Positions 54,101-64,000 of a DNA stretch of 64,000 bases are shown in pieces. A program made the translations under genes and the position numbers. The notes under the pieces are model-generated. The model did no database searches, had not been told where the DNA came from, and saw only the letters and a program-made list of their open reading frames with translations. Position 1 is the stretch's first letter, and each line of letters starts with the position of its first letter. The stretch is from Macrostomum lignano (Eukaryota): assembly GCA_002269645.1 (NCBI GenBank), contig NIVC01000302.1:511-64510 (forward strand). The letters are read 5' to 3'.

Positions 54101-57100
54101 CACCAGACCAGATGTCTCGGGGTCATACTTGACCACCGGCTCAACTGGTCCTTTCACGTGAAAGCAAAAGCCAAGCGTGCCTCAGCCATCCTGGCCCAGC
54201 TCCGTCGAGCACTTGGCACTTCTTGGGGTCTTTCCCCAAAGCGGCTTTGGTGGATCTACACTTCCGTAGTTAAGACCTGCCATTACGTACGCCTCGGGTG
54301 TCTGGGTTAGCGCTACCCAGGTCAAAAGCCACGCAGATTTGCTCAACACGATCCAGGGCAGAGCGTGTAGGCTTATCTGCAACGCCACCAGGTCCACGCC
54401 CTTTGCTGGCATGGGGACCTTCCTTAATCTACCGCCTCTCGACCTCTTCGTCAGGGGTGAGGCGGCTAGAACGACCTGGCGTTTACTTGATGCCGGTGTC
54501 AAATTCATTTACATGAGGGCACCTGCTAAGCGAAACCTCGTCCCGCATAGCGACCTGTGCCTCAACATCCTCAACGAGTGTCAGGCCAATCGGGTCCTCA
54601 CCGATGGCATTGCCTCAACGCTCAACCTGAGACAGCGCTACTCCGTAGCTATCGACTCGCACGATACCATCAATGACCACTGGAACCCTGGTGAGCTTCA
54701 CTGCTACACCGATGGTTCTAAGCAGTCAGCCAACACCGGTTTTGGTGTTGGAATCTTCCTGAACGGGAGGGTTATCGCAACCCACGCTCAGTACACTGGG
54801 GTCAACTCTAGTGTCTTCCAAAATGAAGTTCTTGCCATCAGCTCCTGCACCGCAGGGCTCCTCGCCACTGGCGTTACCGGTAAGAACATCATATTCCATT
54901 CGGACAGCCAAGCTGCCTTGCACGCCATCAGCGGCTGCAGCACCAATTCTGCTACAGTCCTCGACTGTATCAAACTCCTCAACATGTTGGGCTCCACCAA
55001 CAAAATCACCCTCAAGTGGGTTCCGGGGCATGTGGGGATCCGAGGGAATGAGTTGGCTGACGCCCTTGCGAAAGTTGGCGCCTCCGGCTCCTCTCTCGGT
55101 CCCGAACCCCTTGTCCCGATTCCTGGCTGTGTCATTGACTCGCGCATCAAAGCGTGGATCAGGACCCAGCACCGCTCGACTTGGGCGAACTGCACCACCT
55201 GCAGGCAATACAGAGGCGCTGTCCCTCAGCCCTCTCACCAGCTCCGGAAGCTCCTCTTGCGCCTCTCGCGCAGAGACATCCGGGCTGCCATCATGACCCT
55301 CTCAGGTCACGGCTGCTTCTCTAGGCACCAGTACCTGCAGGGCAACGCCACCAACGCCATCTGCAGTCTCTGTAACTCAGGTGACGAAACCGCTGAGCAT
55401 TTCGTCAGCATCTGTCCCGCCTTTACGCGAGCCAGACTCACTTACCTCGGGCCACACACGTATATTACTGAAGCGTGCAAACCCGAAAACTTTAACCAGC
55501 TCATGCGCTACCTCCGGGCCACCCGCAGGGCTGAACTCTCCTTTCCAGAGAGCACCATAGCTGCTGGCGACACTGGGGGACCTCCCTGGGCGGCGCCAAC
55601 CCTTCGTCCATAGCGATGCGTCGGCCGTTCAGGGATTAGCGGAATGGGCGTTCGCGCCTTCCCGCTGTGTCCCCCCCCGGGACAGCCCTGCAGCTAAGTC
55701 AAGTAAGTCAAGACCCATTCCTGCTGTAAAAGTCGGATCGGATCTTGACACTGAACTCGACCTCGACTCGGTTCTACTGAACAAGTACTTGCTGCCACTG
55801 AACTTCTCAGCAGGAATGGAATCCGTCTTCCTGAACAGTTCAAGCTCTCGATTATCATCAGCAGTTGCGAGTGATTCAGCTGAAACAAGCCTATGTGCAA
55901 TGTTTCTTACAGAGGGAGGTTGTACTTGGTGAAACATTGATGGCGGCAACTGAGCAAACTCGGTAGGTGGATCAGCCGGACGTTTTTGCCCATTCTTTTT
56001 TTTACCATTTTGGCTCCTAGAAGCCAATGCAGTCTGCAGATCCCCAGGTTTTCGACTTTGCCATTAACGATAACGAATTAACGATGTTGGGCAATGCAGC
56101 CAGCCAGCGCAGACGCTCCGCTTCGTCCGTAGGAAAGCGATAAATTGGCACGGCGTTGCTTTCTGGATTGGAACTGTAGTGTGCTGGGCATCCGAAAACC
56201 GTGCACTTTCTCACCATGGCGGCAAGATGCTCTCGCTATCTAAGCTCTTTCAGCTAACAAATACGCACACACATTGAGTAATCAGCCAGCCCACATTTCT
56301 TACTGTGGGCTCAAGCCGAGTTTCCAGTCCCTTCTTTCTACGGTAAACCTATATCGCAGAAGTCCCTGCTTCTACCTTGTAGTCAGTGAGTTTTTATCTG
56401 GTAAAAACCTATTAAAAATGATTTTCAAGGAATACGTTAGTAATAGATCGGCCTCTAAATTTTGTAGTTTCCCGTCTCGAGTATTAAATAGTCCCTGCCT
56501 TAATCTATGTTATAGGTTGAACTATAGAGTGAATACTCAGCAACATTGTAAAGTCGCCATCACAGAAGATTCCGTCTGTGGTTGCCATTTTTGACAGTGC
56601 AGGTAAAGTCTCTCAATCTTTGCGAGTGACGCAACTTAGTTACCCTGCGGCAGACTTAAGCTGAGGAATGAAGTGGGGGAGGGGGCGGTGTGCGAGGGTT
56701 GGACGGATTAAAGCTACCCCGATCAGTTTTCTCGTATCTTTTATTCCAGAAAAGTCCAGAGAAATTGCTCACTGACGCATAGAGTGGCGACTTGTCAATG
56801 TTGCTGAGTATATTTAGAGCGTTTCGTATAATACTTGAACTATTTGATCTAGTAGCCTCTGGATTAAAGATCAATAACGTTAAAAAGTCCCACAACTCTT
56901 TCGCATTGCTGTCACGGCTTCACTCCAATCCGCACATCCCACAGCCAGGACGATGGCGCTGTACTTTTCGCAGTTCCGCTGGGGCCTGTTCAGCGAAGCC
57001 CCGCCGGGTGATGCGGACTTTAAGGTCTCCGACCCCAGGCACAGGCACAACAAAGATGCCGACAACTTGCTCAACATGAATTGCAATCAACGCAGCGCTG

Positions 57101-60100
57101 CGGAGGTCATCAGAGACCACGAAGATTTTTTAAGGCCCATCAACTCTGCTACTAAAATGAACTCGAATTTCAATGTTCGTCTGGTGGTTGAACCCGAGAG
57201 ACGCCGCGTTGTGATCGTCATGGATATCTCTGGTAGCATGGGATCGGTGAGAAGCCGCTTGCTTTGTCTCAGCTGCGTCGCTTCTTTGCCTCAATTCCAT
57301 GCTCTGCTCTACCCGAATCGCTTTGTAACAATTTTTCATTTTTTCATTTTTCATGAAGCTTTCCGCAATACTGCTTGCTGGGTTAATGATTTCTGTAATC
57401 AGTTTTTATAAATACACAAAGATCAACATATAGCAATTCATTCTTACTCATTTTGGACCCATTCAGGACAACCGAATTCAAAGTTTGATTGGTGCAGTGA
57501 ACCATTACATTGCCTTCACTCTGGAGACCGGGTCAGAGTGCGCCCTGATCAGCTTTACGGGCAACCCCACTGTGCTGCAAAATTTCATCCTGGTTGACTC
57601 ACCGGCTGTTCGACGTCAGCTGATGCAATCCGTCTCGAATCTGACTGCCGGAGGAGGCACCTGCATCAGTGGAGCTGTTCAAGAGGCTATGAAGGTCAGT
57701 GATTTGGTCATTGAACAGATTTACGCACAGTCAGATTCTTAGACAAGCCATAGTTCAGGCCAGGTACCACTGACTGAATCACCTACTCCTCAATCAAATC
57801 ACCCAGCTGCTAGGTGAGGACCCAACAAGTCCAACTCATCGTTCGAGTGGTCAGATACTTTTGGTCACAGAAGGTGAGGAAAATGAAGACTGCAGCATCA
57901 GTCTGGACTCTACGATCGATGCCATATCGAAAACGAGCCTCAGAGTCAACACCATCCGGTTCGGTGAAAGTGCGGACATGCGGATGTCGCTTCTTGCCAG
58001 TGTCACGAACGGTAGCGCGCAATTCATTCCGGTGGACAGCAACCTTGCAGCGTCCAAACTTTTACTGCAGCTGACCTCACTGCAGTCTGATCTCGCTGGC
58101 GTGAACAGGACCGTTGTCGTGAGTTGTGGTGAATTCTGTCGTGAAAATTGATGCGTCATAAATTTATTACCTTTCGTCTCATTCAGCATCCTTTATTTCA
58201 TTGAACTCCAACAGCCAAATTCTGCTCTTGACTGAGGATCAAATATGTCAGGGGCGTGGAACTCGTAACGTGGCAGTGCAACATGTTAATTAATTCTTAA
58301 AGTTTTATGTCACACTAGCAATCAGAAAAGTTATTATCTTAAGAAAAATGATGATTTTTAAAGCTAAAAGCCCTGAAAGCCAGTTATTCAGTCTAAGATA
58401 TCAGCATCCTGTGAGCTGTGGCATCAAAGCGTCTCTTTAAGCCTTAGCCTACCAAAAGCTCCCAATTGACCGTTGGCACCTCGGTAACCACCCCTCCAAA
58501 GGTCTTGACATCTCAGCAATTTCCCTATAGGTAATTCTCACGTACTTTTAGCAATTCCCCAATGAGTCTTTTATGTCCGATAGGGCGATTCGAGAATAGG
58601 GTTCTTTAGGCATCTATTCTGCTTGACACGACGCTTCTTTTATTTTTGACGTGACTCTTCCTTTGTTATTTCTTTCGTCTTTTAAATCAATATTTCCATT
58701 ATAAAATGATTAATGAAAATTTACAATTTCAAACTTCAAACCCGCGTTTCTGAATTAGCTGTTCAGTCTGTTCATATCCCGACTAACTCTCATCCAATCA
58801 AGGACGTAAATCGTAGCACTCATAATTAAATACTCACATCAAGTCGGTTAGCGAAAAGTCACAGGAAGAAGTTGTGACGTAACCGATTTCTCAGTCAGTC
58901 AGTATCAGCCTCCATTGAGTTTGAAGGAGGAATAAAAAATGCAGATAGGAGAGACATGAGGGAGAGATGGATGAGAGATGGGTGAGAGATGGGTGAGAGA
59001 TGGGTTAGAGATGGGTGAGAGATGCGGACGAGATGAAGGCGAGACTCTGCACAATGGGAATCTGCACAATGGGAATCTGCACAATGGGAATCTGCACAAT
59101 GTATTCTGCACAATTGGATTCTGCACAATGGGAATCTGCACAATTGGATTCTGCACAATGGGAATCTGCACAATGAGATTCTGCACAGTGGGATTTAAAC
59201 CGCAGGATTTATCTGCATTCTGTAACATTACTACCTAGATGGAATTACCATAGCAAATTAGTAAGAAATTGCTTTAGAATATGTAATAAATCATTTAGAA
59301 CTCCCACTTACATATTGCTAGTGTCTCTCAGATTGTTATTCTGTGCAACAAGCGCTGGTTGCATTGGCTTCCATCATAGTTTGACTCCATACGAACTGTT
59401 CTTTGTTCCCACAGCTGGATTCGAGGCAAGTTCCTTCTGACCTGCGGTATCCGGTGGAATTCGACGTCAGCGCTCGCAGCAACCTCGTCTTCTCGCTGTT
59501 TCTGCCAAGCGATCCCGCCAAGGTTGGCTCTCTGCGCCTCGTGCTTCGGTCGCCGAGCGGTAGGACTTTCGATTGCTCTGGCGGCAGCAGCGCCGTTTGC
59601 ACAGTCGATGCTGCAGTCGGATCCGTGACGGTGCAAATTCCTGACGCAGAGGTTGAGGTCAGTTGAGCCAATTTACTTGCACTATGAGCCACTGCTCTAG
59701 CTTGCTGGAGGGATACTTTACGCCGGCAAAAGTTGGAAACAGAAGAAAGGGAAATGTTAACAGCTACTGCAGCAGTGTATTACACTTGAACTGGCATTTC
59801 CTATTCATTATAATAAATGAATAGGGAGCAGAGAAGTCGAAATGTGGCAGAGTTAGGGCCAACGTTGGGACTTGCAAACAATATTAATCGCCTCGCCTCA
59901 AACCCGCCACTCCAACAGAGCGGAAAGTGGACGCTGGCGAATCTCGCGGTCGGTCTCGCACGTCGGATTCGCAGACAGGCGGCCTCACAAGCTCAGATAG
60001 TTGTCACTGGAGACCCGTTTGGAATCTTTTTAACAGATACTATCGTTAAAGTGTCACCAAACAATCTGAGAATGGTCAAGTACGATACTTCAATCAATGT

Positions 60101-61646
60101 CTACGTGAATCTATTACCAAAATCCCAAGTATTAAATGCGTATCAAATGTACGCACGTGTAACACTAGGTGGCCACACGGAAGTGGCTCGATTTTGTCTA
60201 TTAAAACTAAAGCACGGTGAGTAAAGACTAAACATTAATTAACTGCCATAAAAGTTTTGCTCTCAAACAACGATTTAGAACGCATATTACTCCAATTAAT
60301 TTTTTATAGAAAAAGGACACTACATCGCCAGGGTACCACTGTATGCAGTACAGAAAGCTGGCCTGTATCTTGTCGATGTGCATTTGACGTACCCGTCCTC
60401 AATGGTAGTGAGTGCCGGCAGTTTGACTGTTCAGGAAGAGGACCCCAACTTTGACAGACGTCGTATTATGCCTGAACAAATCGTTGAGGTCTATACAAAA
60501 GAATTTATTAGATCGAGCAAAATATTGGAGATCCTGTGGTATCCAGTTGAAGATCCGTCTGGTCTACTCCCGCCTAAAGCAGGTATGTGTAACGCTTGCA
60601 GCTGTGACGAAGCGAGTTCGGGATGGCACATATTATTAGTTATTTATTTATTAGTTTATTTATTAGTTATTGCCGATACGAAGAGTACGAGTACGAGATG
60701 ACGTACGCCAATAACAACGGGGAAAAAACGAGAGCGCGGTGACAATTGTCCTCGTTTAAACCTCGGATGACTATAAAAAAATAATAATTAACAATTAATA
60801 AAAAGTAAAGTACACTTTTTAAAAATAAATCACGTTGAATTGGTAGTTGGAGGACCTACAATTTAATTAACTACAACTAATTTTAACTAACAAAAAGTCA
60901 GATGGAAACTAAAAACTAAAGATGCTAATTAAATCGTTACACAAGCCTTCAACGAACCACACCGTCACACAGCAGCTCTGCTGATTGTTGAAATACAAGC
61001 TGAAATATGAATTGTTCGGAAACAGTTATTCTTTCGCTACCAAGTTATCAGAGTAGTGTAAACAGTGCCCCAAATATTTTTTGCACAGCCGTCATGCAAA
61101 TTTCACTGATTCTGACGCTTATGAGCATCCAAATTGCCTCCATCAGAAGTGCCTGTCTACAGCATTCGCTACAGAGAATACGGCGGCAACTGCTCCACTG
61201 CAAACGGCTATGACTATAGCTTCTGTCCGGAACTGGCTGTCACCAACCAATCTTCAGTGAACATCTACAACCAGTATATGGCTCTCAATGAGCCTCTAAT
61301 GTGGATATCAGTGATTGCCATTTCCGCTGCAAACGTGTCCAGTCTGCCTAGCTATCGATTCTCCATTCCACCCACTTCTTACAATGACTATTTCGCCGAA
61401 GACAAAAAGCTATGGTGCGAACTCCCCAAATCTAAAACTCCAAACAACTCTCTCGACCCGACTGTGGCGAATGACCCGAACAAGGCCAAGTCAACAGTCG
61501 ACTCCATGACCAAGTCGTCGCCACGAAACTCGACGCAGGCGAAATCGTCGGCTCAACTAAATGTGGATCTGGCGTGGCTCAGTGCGGGAACCGTCTGCTG
61601 TCTGGCTGTCCTCACGGTATCCGCACAGCAGTGGCTGATCCAGTGA
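51180..61646 (+). CDS. CLCA-like (calcium-activated chloride channel regulator family) protein with degenerate metalloprotease domain, VWA domain and hydrophobic C-terminus, about 881 aa
   Basis: Exons: 51180-51368, 51448-51754, 56945-57246, 57467-57694, 57807-58118, 59415-59651 (or 59657), 59919-60216, 60310-60582, 61147-61646; phases are consistent. Features are a signal peptide, GYYNDLLV, GEVSVLLP, RWGLFSE, HN..A.N..N..CNQRS..EVI...EDF, VWA VVIVMDISGSM / GGGTCISGAV / LLVTEGEE, and LVLRSPSG. Confidence 0.85.
51832..56368 (-). mobile_element. P-superfamily (THAP) DNA transposon, degenerate and internally deleted, in CLCA intron 2
   Basis: Imperfect TIRs of about 90 bp beginning CAGGGACTTCTGCGATATA. 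7-bp TSD CTTCTAC (51825-51831 / 56369-56375). Frameshifted THAP domain from 56217 (MVRKCTVFGC...YRFP...RW, then GICRLHW in another frame). Transposase fragment RNCALVFDKMDIKPS at about 52050. Confidence 0.85.
52230..55712 (+). mobile_element. 5'-truncated non-LTR retrotransposon (APE-RT-RNase H-zinc finger; LOA/R1/I-like) nested in the P element
   Basis: APE C-terminal half (LGGDLNAH, TPTF, LSEH), RT 53033-54310 (VGYADD), RNase H (YTDGSK, HSDSQAAL, KWVPGHVGIRGNELAD), CSLC...ETAEHFVSIC. Two to three frame breaks. Tail TAAGTCAAGTAAGTCAAG. Confidence 0.92.
58960..59190. repeat. (GAGATGGGTGA)n followed by 15-bp (TCTGCACAATGGGAA)n, CLCA intron 5
   Basis: Direct reading. Confidence 0.85.
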
Positions 61647-63717
61647 GCTCGCAGTTCAGTCAGCAGCGATATGGGAGATGCCTCGTTGGCTCTGAGCTCG
61701 GAAACTCGCTGAATAAAGACTCCTCATTTCGTTTTGGCAAATAGCCGTGGATTCGTTCTCCAGAAAATGCTCTTTCTGTTCCTCTGCGCGGATTGTCAGA
61801 GTCAGAGACAAACTATTAGAGTAAGAAAGCATCAATAGGAAGTAGCTAAGTGGTGTGCTGCCCCTGTATAAACGTGTGATTACCCTGCGATTTACAATTA
61901 TCTGTACTGCAATCAAACCAAATTAGTATTCTCAAGCCATTCTCAAACCATTCATTCAATGTATTTAATCCGCTCATAATTAATCTTAATTTCTAAGCCA
62001 ACCCAGTCAGTGTATTTAATTGCTTTGATCTCGCAAATCCAATTGCTGTCAAATTGTTTCATTCTTGGATCCCGGAAAATTTCAAACTGCGATATTGACA
62101 TTACTAATGACTACAACTAAATATTTCAGTATGAATTTGTACATGATTGACAAGCGGTCAGAATGATAAAACTACAAATACACTGTGCAGAAAATTCTGG
62201 AAATAAACTGATTAAATTTTTCCAAACGCATAAAATAATTGGCTGGCTTTTGCTTGTGCAATGCCAATCTGTGACCTGAAAGTAATGTACTTGCAGATGG
62301 AAATCGGTGGTTGACGGTCGGGACTTTTCCTTAACTATGCTATTGCTTATGCTCATGAATGCTCGATCGTTGCTAGGGGCTGCATCATGGATTAATAAAA
62401 CCATGGGCTGCTCGTCTGCCTTAAATTTGGGGGTGCAATTTTGTCTCGCGAAGCCCCCGCTCGCACCGATGGATTGTTCTGGCAGCAAATGCGCGCGTCT
62501 GCTCCAGCCGCTCTCAGTCTTAGCGCAGCAGGTATGGTGACCTTCGCGTGTCACTGCTGACATGTGATTAGCGCTGTGATGGGAGACTGTAAAAACAGGA
62601 AATCCAATGCTGCTATAGTATCGTCGCAATCCTCATTGTGTTCAATGCGGGTCGCGTGATATTTGACCGTTCCATGCTGTGCGATCGAAGTGCAGCAGAG
62701 TCATGCGGCCAGGCAACACAAGCACCGCAGTATCACAGTGACCGTCGCAGGACTGAGTGCTGCATCGAGACTGATATATTCCTGCACGGTCACGAGTGCG
62801 GGAATGACATCTGCACGAGTGCACGATGTCCTTCACGCACGAGTGAACGTGAAGGAATCCCATTGTCGGATGATTCATCGTGCAGGAATGCACAAAACCG
62901 TGCAAGAATGCATTTCTGCGCCTAATGCTTTTTCAGTGAGATTTTACCATAGACATGCATCCATTCCTGCACGCAAGAGTGCGAGAATGCCATTCTTGCA
63001 TGGAAAATCAGCCGACAATGCTCCAAGGACTACTTAACTAGAAGGACGCTAAACTCTAAAATGGTGGCAAAATAGTTGAAGGCCGATTTTTCTTTTCCCT
63101 ATAAATTTTGAGAAGTTGCACGTATGAAGATGATCCTTTCACTCGAAGTGCAGAATTTATTCCTCTTTCAACCAAATTGTTACTCGTATCTGTAGCTGCA
63201 GGTGTTCGACAGAATAGTGTACAATAAACTACACGTACCCCCAGTTCAGTAACTTAACTACTTAACTAGACAAGCTTAAAACAATAGAGGATTCATGTTC
63301 TATAAGATCGGAAAATATCAAGTAGCCATTTTACTATCCAAACCTAAACGAAGCCGATCTCGTCATGAACATGTTGTAACTCTCTAGAGTGAAATCAACC
63401 ACTGAAGGAACTCCTGACTACACCACACACCACGACGCAATGCGCAACAAACCTCGAAACCTTGAAATCAAGCCCGACAAATAAAAAACAGAAAGCATTA
63501 GGCACTCCAAACTCACCAAAAACTGGCAAAAAGATGCCCTTTATTAAACGGTAAATAGGCACTGTGCCGCAAATACGAATAGAATCACTTCGTCCAATAT
63601 ATTTAGCTATAAAGGACAAAAATGCGTTCATAAGTAATAAAAACGACAACTTTGTAAATGCTTTGTAGGCAACCTTCGGAAAACACTGGACCATATAAAA
63701 ACAAATTTTTCGAGCAA

Positions 63718-63935
63718 AAAACTGACGAATAACTGCAAAAACGGTCATTCAAAACTGATATGTAAAGTCTAATGTAAAATATAACTGACGAATAACTGCA
63801 AAAACGGTCATTCAAAACTGACATGTAAAGTCTACTGTAAAATATAACTGACGAATAACTGCAAAAACGGTCATTCAAAACTGATATGTAAAGTCTACTG
63901 TAAAATATAACTGACGAATAACTGCAAAAACGGTC
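63718..63935. repeat. 63-bp tandem repeat, about 3.5 copies
   Basis: ACTGACGAATAACTGC recurs at 63721, 63784, 63847 and 63910. Confidence 0.9.
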
Positions 63936-64000
63936 ATAGTTCGACCATTAACTATCAGAACTGCACAGCCGAGTCACTTCGCTGCACAAGCCATCCTCCA

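Noticed and set aside
62126-63748. Several overlapping 80-170-aa ORFs downstream of CLCA
   Set aside because: No motifs, no coding-like composition, and mutually overlapping on both strands; likely chance.

Overview
Eukaryotic (animal) genomic DNA. It has spliceosomal GT-AG introns, GC-rich Ala/Gly-rich exons, AT-rich spacers and introns packed with minisatellites. This style resembles the flatworm Macrostomum (inference only). No rRNA, true tRNA gene or CRISPR array was seen. Hand-spliced genes: DZANK1 (-, runs off the left edge, one frame break in exon 2) head-to-head with EFCAB5 (+, 11 exons, about 1453 aa); a small secreted SUEL/rhamnose-binding lectin (-); intronless BRCC36 and TspanC8 tetraspanin (+); a 9-exon CLCA-like protein (+) whose HExxH protease motif is destroyed; and two orphan ORFs. 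Mobile DNA is diverse and nested: a tRNA-derived CORE-type SINE, a hAT-type MITE, a 1.6-kb TTAA-flanked foldback element in the lectin intron, a Harbinger with an intact spliced transposase inside a LINE, a THAP/P element (7-bp TSD) in a CLCA intron that itself carries a second LINE, and a Crypton fragment. I cannot support a single dramatic new system. The best candidates for novelty are the pseudo-protease CLCA, the foldback element, the nested transposons, the conserved LINE 3' hairpin and the CORE-SINE. All homology calls come from recalled motifs, not from database searches.
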